Assembly (NCBI GenBank): GCA_964467475.1
Contig: CAYXQO010000002.1
Span: 57,787-121,786, forward strand
Direction of reading: 5' to 3'
Source of the DNA: an uncultured Syntrophomonadaceae bacterium
Lineage (GTDB): Bacteria > Bacillota > Dethiobacteria > DTU022
DNA: 64,000 nt
Positions 9,783-19,013 of the stretch are shown piece by piece (position 1 is the stretch's first letter; every line of letters begins with the position of its first letter). A model generated the notes under the pieces. It saw nothing but the letters and a program-made list of their open reading frames with translations. It ran no database searches and was not told the origin of the DNA. A program made the position numbers and the translations under genes.

Positions 9783-12524
9783 TTATGAAGTAAACCTTTC
9801 CATATCCGAGAGTATTTCTTCCAGTTCCTCTATTTTATCACCGTAGCCGCTCCAGTCGCCTTCCTGCTGCATTTTTATTGCTTCTTCATAAGCATCCCTG
9901 GCCCGCCGGATCAACTCGGCCAGTTCCCCTTCCACGTCGATTTCCACTTCCGGCATGGGATCATCCAAATCAAGATCTTCGGGCAATTCATCATCGGGAA
10001 TTGCCGCAGGCAGCTCCCCTATTTCACCAAACACCTGGATCAGGGCTTCATCAAGGGTATGGCCCATCACTACTCTTTCGTCGTAGCTGACAATAACCCG
10101 GGCCAGTTCCGGCAGTCCCCCGGTATCCGCTTCTAAGAAGATCGGTTCAACGAAAAGCAGGGCATCATTGATCGGCAAAACCAGGAGGTTGCCCCGGATC
10201 ACCCGTGAACCGACCTGGCCCCAGAGGGTGAATTGCTCTGAAATATCGGTATCCTGGTCAATCCGGTTTTCAATCTGTCTTGGGCCGAGGACCAACCTTT
10301 CCCTGGGAAAGAGGAACAGTTCCACTTCGCCATAATTGGGTTGATCACAGCGGGCCACCATCCAGGCAATCATGTTGTTACGTTTATCCGGGGTAAAGGG
10401 CCGGATTAAAACATATTCAGGTTCCTCGTAGCCGGGCATTTCCAGGACTGTATAATATGGCTCCATCGGTTGTTCTTGACCGAAAGCTTTTTCAGTAGGA
10501 ATAGCCCAGAGATCTTCCCTGCTGTAGAACTGGTTCGCATCGGTGATATGGTACAACTGCAGCAATTCTGATTGCATCTCGAAAAGATCCAGGGGATAAC
10601 GGACATTTTCCATCAAACCCTCGGGCATTTCTTCCATTGGAGTAAACAAGTCAGGGAAGATATTACTGTAAGTCTGGATCATCGGATCGTCGGGTTCGGT
10701 CACGTAAAACTCAACATCGCCGTTGTAAGCATCGATGACCACCTTGACTGAATTGCGGATGTAATTTAAGTTTTCGTAGGGCTGCGAATAAGGATAACGA
10801 TCGGTTACGGTATAAGCATCCTGGATCCAAAACAGCCTGCCGTCATTAACCACAACATAGACATCGCGATCGTAACGCAGGAAAGGCGCAATCTTGCGCA
10901 CCCTTTCGTGAATATTGCGGTCGAATATAAGCCTGCTGTCATAGTTCAGTTCATCGGAAATAAGAATGCGGTACTCGCCAAAACGCAGGGCCATCAGCGC
11001 CCGGCGGAAAAATGAATTCAAAGGAATCCCGGCATCGCCATCGTAATAGATAAACTCATTTTCCCCCTCGTCGGTGGCATAGTGAAACTCCGCGGTTTCG
11101 GTGTTGGTAATGATATAATCATCTGTCAGTTCACCAAAATATATCGAAGGGTTGTTCAACTCCAGTTCCCCTTCCGGAGGAATATCCTGTAAAAAGTAAC
11201 GGGGCAAGCCTTCGGGGTTAACTTCATTAACCGGGCTCATAGCCACCCCGTAACCGTGGGTATACTGCAGGTGTATATTTACCCAGGTCTGGGCTTCTTC
11301 AGCCAGCCTGCTTTTATCGAGTTCCCTGGCAGATAACATTACCTGGCGCAATTCGTCGTCTACCTCGTAGCGATCGATATCGACGTCGGTAAAGCGGTAG
11401 TAGGGACGAATAGCCTGAAGCTCGTTAAAGGTGGTTAGCAGGGGGCGGTAATCCCACAGCCGCACATTATTGATTGTCCCCGGGTTATCCTGTAGATCTG
11501 TCCAGCTTAAAGCCCGGGTGGGATCATACTGGCGGGTATTGAACTGGTCGAGCCCGTATGCCTGACGGGTAAACTCAATGTTATGATCCAGGTATTCACG
11601 TTCGTAGCTGAACTCGCTTGGTTCCACCATGTAATTCTGGACAAATGCCGGATAAGCCCAACCACCAAGCAGAGAAACACCGATCAAGACCATGGTTCCA
11701 TATAAAAACAAGCGGTAGCGGCGCAGGAATATATTGGCTAAAAACACCAGGGCGATTACCCCGGCCAGGACCATCAAAACCATTAAAACATTGTAATTGG
11801 CATTAATATCGGTGTAACCGGCGCCATAAACTACACCCCTCTCTGAAAGCAGCAGTTCAAGCTGGCCGAGACGGTAATCCCAGGCTTTCAGACCGAACAC
11901 CATGGCCAAAAGCACAGCCAGGTGACTAATCCCGCGAGATGGGGGAAGGGTCCAGCCCTGTTTCGCCTGGGAAGGAGGGTTCATGAGCAGATAAATAGCC
12001 CCGATAATTACCAGGGTGATCACTACAGTCATCATTAGAAAACTGTAAATAAAACGATAAAACGGCAAACCGAATACGTACTGCGCTACATCGGCACCGA
12101 AGATTGGATCAGAAATATTAAAGGGCACCTGGTTGAAAAAGCGCAGCGCCTCCATCCAGGCATCCCCCACGTATGCAGAAAAAATGTAAGCAAGACCCGC
12201 AGATGCAATTATAAAATAGAGTGTCAGGCGCCTGGGAGTGAAATGACGCATAGCACCGCTGGCCATCAACTTTTCCCGTAAAGCCAGATTGGGAAAACTT
12301 AAAATGTAGCGTTTAGTAAACAAAAGGTTGACAAACAGAAAGGCAAAAATAAATATAAAACCGCCAATCCGCATGCCCCACTGGGTTAAGTACTGGGTCC
12401 AAAAAACCTGTTCGGCGTCCAGGTCGACAAACCACAGTAAATCAAGATAAAAATTCGTCCCGGTTATAAGCAAAGAACCGAGAATAATCAAACCTATAAG
12501 AATAAAAAAGAAACGACCGCGCAA
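9783..12524 (-). CDS. UPF0182 family large membrane protein.
   Basis: The 913-aa protein has seven N-terminal TM helices, a large soluble region and an acidic C-terminus, the typical UPF0182 architecture. Confidence 0.7.
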   Translation of the reverse strand: MRGRFFFILIGLIILGSLLITGTNFYLDLLWFVDLDAEQVFWTQYLTQWGMRIGGFIFIFAFLFVNLLFTKRYILSFPNLALREKLMASGAMRHFTPRRLTLYFIIASAGLAYIFSAYVGDAWMEALRFFNQVPFNISDPIFGADVAQYVFGLPFYRFIYSFLMMTVVITLVIIGAIYLLMNPPSQAKQGWTLPPSRGISHLAVLLAMVFGLKAWDYRLGQLELLLSERGVVYGAGYTDINANYNVLMVLMVLAGVIALVFLANIFLRRYRLFLYGTMVLIGVSLLGGWAYPAFVQNYMVEPSEFSYEREYLDHNIEFTRQAYGLDQFNTRQYDPTRALSWTDLQDNPGTINNVRLWDYRPLLTTFNELQAIRPYYRFTDVDIDRYEVDDELRQVMLSARELDKSRLAEEAQTWVNIHLQYTHGYGVAMSPVNEVNPEGLPRYFLQDIPPEGELELNNPSIYFGELTDDYIITNTETAEFHYATDEGENEFIYYDGDAGIPLNSFFRRALMALRFGEYRILISDELNYDSRLIFDRNIHERVRKIAPFLRYDRDVYVVVNDGRLFWIQDAYTVTDRYPYSQPYENLNYIRNSVKVVIDAYNGDVEFYVTEPDDPMIQTYSNIFPDLFTPMEEMPEGLMENVRYPLDLFEMQSELLQLYHITDANQFYSREDLWAIPTEKAFGQEQPMEPYYTVLEMPGYEEPEYVLIRPFTPDKRNNMIAWMVARCDQPNYGEVELFLFPRERLVLGPRQIENRIDQDTDISEQFTLWGQVGSRVIRGNLLVLPINDALLFVEPIFLEADTGGLPELARVIVSYDERVVMGHTLDEALIQVFGEIGELPAAIPDDELPEDLDLDDPMPEVEIDVEGELAELIRRARDAYEEAIKMQQEGDWSGYGDKIEELEEILSDMERFTS

Positions 12525-12551
12525 AATTAGCCCCCCTAATATAAATCAATA

Positions 12552-12568
12552 CCGGTAAATTACCGGTG
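12552..12568 (-). terminator. Palindromic hairpin downstream of deoC, candidate intrinsic terminator.
   Basis: The sequence ACCGGTAAATTACCGGT is a perfect palindrome, followed on the minus strand by a T-rich tract (ATTGATTTATATT). Confidence 0.3.
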
Positions 12569-12629
12569 TAGTTTAATCTTCATATGTATTTTAGACCAGT
12601 GCAGTCTCCCTGTCAAAAAGAAAATTAAG

Positions 12630-13286
12630 TCACTCCATTATTATGTCAACACCGGCACTGGTGCCAATTCTATTTGCCCCGGCACGGATTAATTCTTCGG
12701 CTGCAGCCCTGGTCCGGATGCCTGCAGATGCCTTAACGCCAAGCCTTTTCCCCACAGTTTCCCGCATCAATTTAATGTCGGCCGGGGTGGCTTGACCGGG
12801 CCCGAACCCGGTTGAGTTTTTAACAAAATGGGCCCCGCCTTTTTCTGCCAGGCGGCAGGCCAAAACTTTTTCTTCTTCCGAAAGCAGACCGGTTTCAATA
12901 ATTACCTTCACCGGTTTTTCATTTACTGCTTTTACCACCGCAGCAATATCTTCAACTACGTACTGATCGTTGCCGCTTTTTAAAGCACCGCTATGCATTA
13001 CCATATCAATTTCAGCAGCGCCGCTTTCCACTGCATCAGCAGCCTCATAAGCTTTGACTGCAGTAGTAGCAGTTCCCAGGGGAAAACCTACAACCACGCA
13101 AATTTTTACTGCGCTCCCTTTCAGCTCGCTTAAAGCGGTTTTTGCCCACGACGGATTGATGCAAACTGCGTAAAAAGAATGATCAATCGCTTCCCGGCAG
13201 AATCTGCGGACATCCTGCTCAGTTGATCCCGGCTTAAGCAAAGTATGCTCTATAAAGCCAGCCAGTTTATCCGGCACACTTGCCAC
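12630..13286 (-). CDS. deoC: Deoxyribose-phosphate aldolase.
   Basis: DeoC motifs are present (VCINPSW, VVGFPLG, a Schiff-base lysine context VKASAGIRT). Length is 218 aa. Confidence 0.85.
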   Translation of the reverse strand: MASVPDKLAGFIEHTLLKPGSTEQDVRRFCREAIDHSFYAVCINPSWAKTALSELKGSAVKICVVVGFPLGTATTAVKAYEAADAVESGAAEIDMVMHSGALKSGNDQYVVEDIAAVVKAVNEKPVKVIIETGLLSEEEKVLACRLAEKGGAHFVKNSTGFGPGQATPADIKLMRETVGKRLGVKASAGIRTRAAAEELIRAGANRIGTSAGVDIIME

Positions 13287-13294
13287 CTACTTTC

Positions 13295-14609
13295 CTATTC
13301 CACGCAGCCGAGGATCAAGGGGATTTTTTCATTGGGCTCTTTACTTATTTCATAAGCCTCGTCGATCATAGCGGTAGCTGAAGCCACCGGTTCTTTTTCC
13401 CGGCTGCCTACGGTATAGAGCAAAGCAAGAATATCCCCTTTTTTAACTCGGTCCCCGATTTTCTTTTCCAGGGTAATCCCTACTGCCGGGTTAATTATAG
13501 AATCTTTCCTTTGCCGACCTGCACCGAGGTTCATCGCTGCTCTGCCGACTAATTCAGCTTTGATCCTTCCCACATAACCTTCTTCAGCAGCCGTTACCTG
13601 GATTTTTTCTTCGGCCTGTGGCAGCAGAGATAAGTCGTCAATAATTTTTGGATCGCCACTCTGGTTTACCAACAGTTCCTTGAATTTATTAAGCGCCTCT
13701 CCGTTAGCAAGCAGTTTTTTCAGCAAGATTTCCCCTTCACCGGGCGCACCGGCTTTACCCGCCAGGTAAAGCATCCATCCTCCCAGGTGAAGGCAAAGTT
13801 TCTCTAAATCAGGCGGACCCTCCCCGCGTAGAGCCATAACCGCTTCTTCCACTTCCAGTGAATTGCCTACGGCACGGCCCAGGGGTTGATCCATGCTGGT
13901 AATCACGGCAGCTGTGCGCAAGTTTGATTTTTCACCGATACTTTTCATCATCCGGGCCAGCTCAAAAGCTCTTTCTTTTTCTTTAACAAATGCTCCGTCG
14001 CCAACCTTGACATCCAGCACCAGGGCATTAGCCCCGGCAGCCATTTTTTTGCTCATTATGCTGGCAGCAATCAGGGGCATGCTATCCACGGTAGCGGTCA
14101 CATCGCGGAGAGCATACAATTTTTTGTCAGCCGGAACCAAATCCGGGGTCTGGGCTGCTATGGCCACTCCAATCTTTCTCACCGCCGCTTTTATCTCCGG
14201 CACCGCGAGTTCAGTGCGAAAACCGGGAATGGCTCTTAGTTTATCCAGGGTGCCCCCGGTATGGCCAAGGCCGTGCCCGGACAACTTTGCTACCGGGACT
14301 CCAGCCGCAGCCACCAGCGGCGCCAGCACCAGGGTGGTGGTATCGCCAACCCCGCCGGTGCTGTGTTTATCTACCTTGATACCCGGAAGATCGCTTAAAT
14401 CGATACGGTTGCCGGAATCGACCATTGCTCGAGCAAGAAAGGTAGTTTCGTCATCATCCATGCCTCGAAAATATATTGCCATCGCCATGGCGGCAGCCTG
14501 GTAATCAGGAATGATTCCCTTAGCATAACCATTGATAAAATATTCGATCTCCGTCCCGGTAAGCGGTAAGTCATTACGCTTTTTTAAGATTAAGTCATAC
14601 GCCCTGATC
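13295..14609 (-). CDS. pdp: Pyrimidine-nucleoside (thymidine) phosphorylase.
   Basis: It contains KHSTGGVGD and SGHGLGHTGGTLDKL. The ORF-track Met is internal; the true N-terminus (IRAYDLILKKR...) extends to about 14609, where a GAGGGAGG RBS sits upstream. The exact start codon is uncertain. Confidence 0.8.
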
Positions 14610-14630
14610 GGTAAACCTCCCTCTCACTTA

Positions 14631-15215
14631 TCAGTAAATAGTAATCATATCTGCAATATTATCAAAAGTAGTTTCGCCAATTCCGCTAACCTCCATAAGT
14701 TGCTCTTTCTCGGTAAAAAAGCCATGTGTTTCGCGGTAATCTATAATCTGACCGGCGCGCACCTCTCCAATGCCGGGCAAATCAACCAGATCGGAAGCGG
14801 AGGCCTGGTTTATGTTGATCTTAGCACTGTCACTTTGTGGTCCCGCTTCCGGCACTTCTCCAAGACGGGGCACATAAACTTGCTCTCCATCGAAAACAGG
14901 ACGAGCCTGGTTTAAACCTTCCCGGTCGGCATCATCACTAAAACCGCCTCCCATTTCCAACAGTTCATAAACCCGCGCTCCTTCCGGCAATTCGTAAACC
15001 CCGGGGTTCTGCACCGCACCGACCAGGTGAACCGAAACCATCTCCGGTTCCAGAGTTTCTTCCTCAACTTCCCGGGTGATGCTTTCATTATCATGTTCCA
15101 AAACCGGTTCGGGCCCTTTTAGCTGAGCGGCCCTCCAAACCCCTCCGGTTATCAGCAACAGAACCAAAATTCCTAAAATAATTTTCTCCCGCACCCCAGG
15201 TATCCCTCCCAACAA
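14631..15215 (-). CDS. comEA: Competence protein ComEA (DNA receptor).
   Basis: It has an N-terminal TM helix, an SLBB-like region, and a C-terminal tandem helix-hairpin-helix (KININQASASDLVDLPGIGEVRAGQII ... VSGIGETTF). Confidence 0.8.
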   Translation of the reverse strand: MLGGIPGVREKIILGILVLLLITGGVWRAAQLKGPEPVLEHDNESITREVEEETLEPEMVSVHLVGAVQNPGVYELPEGARVYELLEMGGGFSDDADREGLNQARPVFDGEQVYVPRLGEVPEAGPQSDSAKININQASASDLVDLPGIGEVRAGQIIDYRETHGFFTEKEQLMEVSGIGETTFDNIADMITIY

Positions 15216-15330
15216 CCCATCTCTCCTCTCTTTTCATTTGACCGGATACCTTTCCCACATTAACGACCAGGCACCGGTATTTAAAATAGATATTTCGCCG
15301 CAGAAACTGCTTTTCCTTGTTCGAGCATAA

Positions 15331-15371
15331 CAAAACCCGGTCCGGTTTGTTGACCGGAACCGGGTTTTTTT
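15331..15371 (-). terminator. Intrinsic terminator downstream of the Asp23 gene.
   Basis: A GC-rich near-perfect hairpin (AACCCGGTCCGG ... CCGGAACCGGGTT) has U-runs on both sides. Confidence 0.55.
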
Positions 15372-15406
15372 ACCCAGTAATATATCAGTTTAATCAGGCA
15401 ATTATA

Positions 15407-15889
15407 TTACTTGCCTTCCTCTTTGCCTTGCTCCTTCTCTTCTCCGCCACCTTCTTCTTCGGGAACATTAATTCCCTGGACGTTGATATTGATGGCTTCC
15501 ACCGTCAAGCCGGTGGTTTTTTCAACATTATTGCGAATTTCTTTCTTCAGTTTGTCCGTGGTATCAACTATAGATTTGCCATACTCCACAATAACATTTA
15601 ATTCTATGGTAATCCGGTCTTCATTAACGTCTACCCTGATACCCCTGGTCATATCCTTGCGGCCCAATCTTTCAGCAATCCCGCCGACTACTCCACCGCT
15701 CATACCGGCAATGCCCGGGATATCGCTGGAAATTATACTGGTAATTACCGCAATAACATCCGAAGAAATCCTGATACTGTCTTCTTCCTTAGATGGATCC
15801 GGTTTTAAAACAGCTTCGTCTGCTCCACCTGTTTTTCCTGCTTTACCTTCCGCTTTACCTTGATTTGCTTTTTTTTCTTCTTCAGCCAT
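15407..15889 (-). CDS. Asp23/Gls24 family (alkaline shock protein-like) protein.
   Basis: It has a DUF322 core (ISSDVIAVITSI ... GGVVGGIAERLG) with acidic, Lys-rich termini. It has its own TTGACA-17-TACAAT promoter at about 15995-16023. Confidence 0.7.
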   Translation of the reverse strand: MAEEEKKANQGKAEGKAGKTGGADEAVLKPDPSKEEDSIRISSDVIAVITSIISSDIPGIAGMSGGVVGGIAERLGRKDMTRGIRVDVNEDRITIELNVIVEYGKSIVDTTDKLKKEIRNNVEKTTGLTVEAININVQGINVPEEEGGGEEKEQGKEEGK

Positions 15890-15925
15890 TTAATTTCCTC
15901 CTTTCAAATATATATCTGGAAATTT

Positions 15926-15947
15926 AAAACCAGTGAGTACTGGTTTT
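15926..15947 (-). terminator. Hairpin between leuS and the Asp23 gene; leuS terminator or 5'-UTR element.
   Basis: The sequence AAAACCAGT-GAGT-ACTGGTTTT is followed by a T-rich tract on the minus strand. Confidence 0.35.
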
Positions 15948-16111
15948 AAGATTAAAATACTTATCCTGATAAACCTGGGAAGATACTGCGTTAAATGACA
16001 AAGAATTTTTACTTTACTTTAGTAATTATTGTATAATCTGTTAGGATGCTTGTCAAGGGAATTGACCTTGATTTAATACAAATTCAAATTTTCTTCATAA
16101 TTTAACATGAT

Positions 16112-18598
16112 TCAGCGAGCAACTATATTAACCAGGCGTCCTGGTACAGCAATCGTTTTAACAACTTCCTTTCCGTCAAGCAGTTCGCTAATCCTCTCAT
16201 TATTTCTGGCTTCTTCGATTAACTGTTCCTCTGAACAATCGGCCGGCACATTAATCCTGCCGCGTACTTTTCCGTTAATCTGGACTACCACTTCTACCTG
16301 GTCCACCTGGAGCATCTCCGAATCGTACTGCGGCCAGTGCTGCCTGTGCACGCTATCCTCATGTCCAAGCAGGCTCCATGACTCTTCCGCTATGTGCGGC
16401 GCAAAGGGAGCGAGCAAAATAACCATTTTTTCCAGGGCATCCCTTAAAACTGCATGATTGCTCTGCCCGTTTTCATTAGCTTGTCGGTAAGCATATGTGG
16501 CATTTACCAGCTCCATAATCGCACTGATTGCCGTATTAAAGTTGAAGCGCTCTTCTATGTCATGAGTCACCTTCTTAATTGCTCCATGAACACTACGCTG
16601 CAGCTCGGAATCACTATCTCTGTAATCGTCACGACCACCCCCGGAAATCACCTCTTCCCGGCACTCGTCAATCAAACGCCAGGCTCGGCGCAAGAAACGG
16701 TAACAACCCTCCACGCCCTGATCATTCCAATCAAGGTCCTTTTCCGGCGGTGAAGCAAATAGAATAAACAACCGGCCTGTATCGGCGCCGTACTTTGCTA
16801 CGATCTCATCGGGGGTAATCACGTTGCCCTTGGATTTGGACATCTTTGCCCCGTCTTTATAGACCATTCCCTGGGCCAGCAGGCGGGTGAAGGGTTCATG
16901 ACATTTAAGCATACCGGCATCATATAATACTTTGGTGACAAAGCGAGCATAAAGCAGGTGGAGTACTGCATGTTCAATACCGCCGATATACTGATCGACA
17001 GGCATCCAGTAATCAACCGCCTCTTTGTCGAAAGGAACTGTCTCAGAGTTCGGGCTGGTATAGCGCAGGAAATACCAGGACGAACATATAAACGTATCCA
17101 TCGTATCTGTTTCCCGCTTAGCCGGCTCGCCGCATAAGTGACAGGTGGTTTTAACAAAACTTTCGTAATGGGACAGGCTGGGCACACGGTTGCCGGATAA
17201 TTCAACGTCCATAGGCAATTCCACCGGTAACTCTTCTTCGGGCACCGGAATTGCGCCACACTGATCACAGTATTTTATAGGTATCGGCGCCCCCCAGTAA
17301 CGCTGACGAGAGATTAACCAGTCCTTTAGCTTGTAGGTGACCTTGAAAGTGCCCAGGTCTTGCTCTTCAAGGTATTCGGTAACTTTCCTAAAGCCCTCCT
17401 TCTCGCTCAAACCATCAAAAGTTCCTGAGTTGATCATCTTCCCCGGACCATCATAGGCTTCTGCCATGCTATCACCGGACAGGTTCTCCCCTTCCGGCTG
17501 AATCACTACCCTGACTTGCAGATTGTATTTGCGGGCAAATTCAAAGTCTCTCTGGTCATGAGCCGGCACACCCATTACCGCACCGGTTCCGTAAGCCATA
17601 AGCACATAATTGCCTACCAGGATCGGCACTTCTTCCCCATTGATCGGGTTAACCGCGTGACGACCGGTAAAAAGTCCGATCTTAGGAGTTTCTTCAGAAG
17701 TACGGTCAATTTCGCTCTCCTGCCGGACATTAGAAACAAACTCCATTACCTCTTCTTCCCGGGTCGTTCCTTCCACCAGTGGTTTAACCAGGGGGTGCTC
17801 CGGAGCTAAAACCATGTAGGTTACCCCAAAAAGCGTATCAGGCCTGGTGGTAAAAGTACGGATTTCTTCTTCGGGGAATTCCTTAACCTTAAAAGAAATC
17901 TCCGCCCCTTCACTTCTGCCGATCCAGTTCTGCTGCATCAATTTAACCCGCTCGGGCCATTCTTCCAGATCATTTAGGTCATCTAGCAACCGTTCGGCAT
18001 AATCGGTTGTTTTCAAAAACCACTGCTCCAGTTCCCTGGTCTCCACTACAGCGGAACAGCGCCAGCACAGGCCCTTTTCCACCTGTTCGTTTGCCAGGAC
18101 GGTTTGGCAGGTAGCACACCAGTTAACGTTTGATTTTTCTTTGTAGGCCAGATTCCTTTTGTACATTAGCAAGAACAACCACTGGGACCAGCGGTAATAA
18201 TCCGGCGAAGAAGTATTTACTTCCCGTTGCCAGTCATAGCTAACACCCAGCCTGTTTTGCTGTTCTTTCATATGCTCTATATTTTGCGCCGTCCACTCGG
18301 CCGGGTTGACGTTATTTTCAATAGCGGCATTTTCAGCAGGGAGTCCGAAAGCATCCCAGCCCATTGGGTGCATTACGTTGTAATCACGCATACGCAGGAA
18401 ACGAGCCAGGACATCCCCGATAGAATATACCCGCATGTGACCCATGTGCAGCTTTCCTGAAGGATAGGGGAACATCTCAAGTACATAATATTTAGTCTTG
18501 GAATGATCAACCTGGGAACGAAACGAGTCCTGTTCCTTCCAGAGTTTCTGCCATTTTTCTTCGATTTGGATCGGGTCGTAGTTTGTCACTTGCATCAT
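16112..18598 (-). CDS. leuS: Leucyl-tRNA synthetase.
   Basis: It carries the class I motifs HMGHMRVY and KMSKSKGN and a CP1 editing domain. Length is 828 aa. Confidence 0.95.
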   Translation of the reverse strand: MMQVTNYDPIQIEEKWQKLWKEQDSFRSQVDHSKTKYYVLEMFPYPSGKLHMGHMRVYSIGDVLARFLRMRDYNVMHPMGWDAFGLPAENAAIENNVNPAEWTAQNIEHMKEQQNRLGVSYDWQREVNTSSPDYYRWSQWLFLLMYKRNLAYKEKSNVNWCATCQTVLANEQVEKGLCWRCSAVVETRELEQWFLKTTDYAERLLDDLNDLEEWPERVKLMQQNWIGRSEGAEISFKVKEFPEEEIRTFTTRPDTLFGVTYMVLAPEHPLVKPLVEGTTREEEVMEFVSNVRQESEIDRTSEETPKIGLFTGRHAVNPINGEEVPILVGNYVLMAYGTGAVMGVPAHDQRDFEFARKYNLQVRVVIQPEGENLSGDSMAEAYDGPGKMINSGTFDGLSEKEGFRKVTEYLEEQDLGTFKVTYKLKDWLISRQRYWGAPIPIKYCDQCGAIPVPEEELPVELPMDVELSGNRVPSLSHYESFVKTTCHLCGEPAKRETDTMDTFICSSWYFLRYTSPNSETVPFDKEAVDYWMPVDQYIGGIEHAVLHLLYARFVTKVLYDAGMLKCHEPFTRLLAQGMVYKDGAKMSKSKGNVITPDEIVAKYGADTGRLFILFASPPEKDLDWNDQGVEGCYRFLRRAWRLIDECREEVISGGGRDDYRDSDSELQRSVHGAIKKVTHDIEERFNFNTAISAIMELVNATYAYRQANENGQSNHAVLRDALEKMVILLAPFAPHIAEESWSLLGHEDSVHRQHWPQYDSEMLQVDQVEVVVQINGKVRGRINVPADCSEEQLIEEARNNERISELLDGKEVVKTIAVPGRLVNIVAR

Positions 18599-18944
18599 CC
18601 CCTTTTAGAATATAAAAAATCCGCCCTCTTTCTCAAGGGACGGATTATTCCCGCGGTACCACCCTTATTGGTAAACATCTGGTGGAGCTGGCGGGAGTCG
18701 AACCCGCGACCTCTTCCATGCCAAGGAAGCGCGCTCCCACTGCGCCACAGCCCCATGTTGTATTACCCGCTTACTGGCCGTTACCGCCGGCTTACGGCAA
18801 CGATTACTTTTTCTTTCACCGCTGCTTCTCCGGGACGAGTTCAACATTCATGCCTGCCGGTTTTCAGCTAACCCGGCTCTCTTGGAAGACATTCCTGCCT
18901 ACTGCTTCCCATCATCGAATTAACTTTTTGGTACCTCGAGTACA
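18599..18944 (-). promoter_or_regulatory. T-box leader (Leu specifier) of leuS, interrupted by a tRNA-Ala gene.
   Basis: The canonical T-box motif AAUAAGGGUGGUACCGCGGG is at 18650-18669. The antiterminator (AAGGG / UGGUACC bulge / GCGG ... CCGU / CCCUU) overlaps a terminator (AUCCGUCCCU-UGAGAAAG-AGGGCGGAU + U6, 18613-18645) placed 18 nt before the RBS. A Stem I-like region at 18830-18930 has AGAGAG and a CUC codon at 18837-18839. A sigma-A promoter lies upstream. Confidence 0.75.
18680..18754 (-). tRNA. tRNA-Ala (anticodon GGC), CCA encoded.
   Basis: The 75-nt sequence folds into a perfect cloverleaf: acceptor GGGGCUG/CAGCUCC with the G3:U70 alanine identity pair, and discriminator A73-CCA. 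The D stem is GCGC/GCGC with G18G19; the anticodon stem is CUUCC/GGAAG with loop UUGGCAU; the T stem is GCGGG/CCCGC with loop UUCGACU. U8, U33, A37, T54, U55 and C56 are all present. Confidence 0.85.
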
Positions 18945-18950
18945 TTTAAC

Positions 18951-18979
18951 ATTATATGCACACCGGGAAACCTTGTCAA
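18951..18979 (-). promoter_or_regulatory. Sigma-A promoter for the leuS leader.
   Basis: On the minus strand, TTGACA (18974-18979), a 17-nt spacer and TATAAT (18951-18956). Confidence 0.6.
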
Positions 18980-19013
18980 TAGGAGTAGCTATATTTTACA
19001 GCAGTAGCATAGT

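Noticed and set aside
9243-9788. A 181-aa plus-strand ORF opposite the RNase HI domain.
   Set aside because: It is antisense to conserved catalytic-domain codons, so it is likely spurious.
13893-14504. A 203-aa plus-strand ORF inside pdp.
   Set aside because: It is antisense to a highly conserved pdp coding region and Ala/Ser-rich with no motifs.
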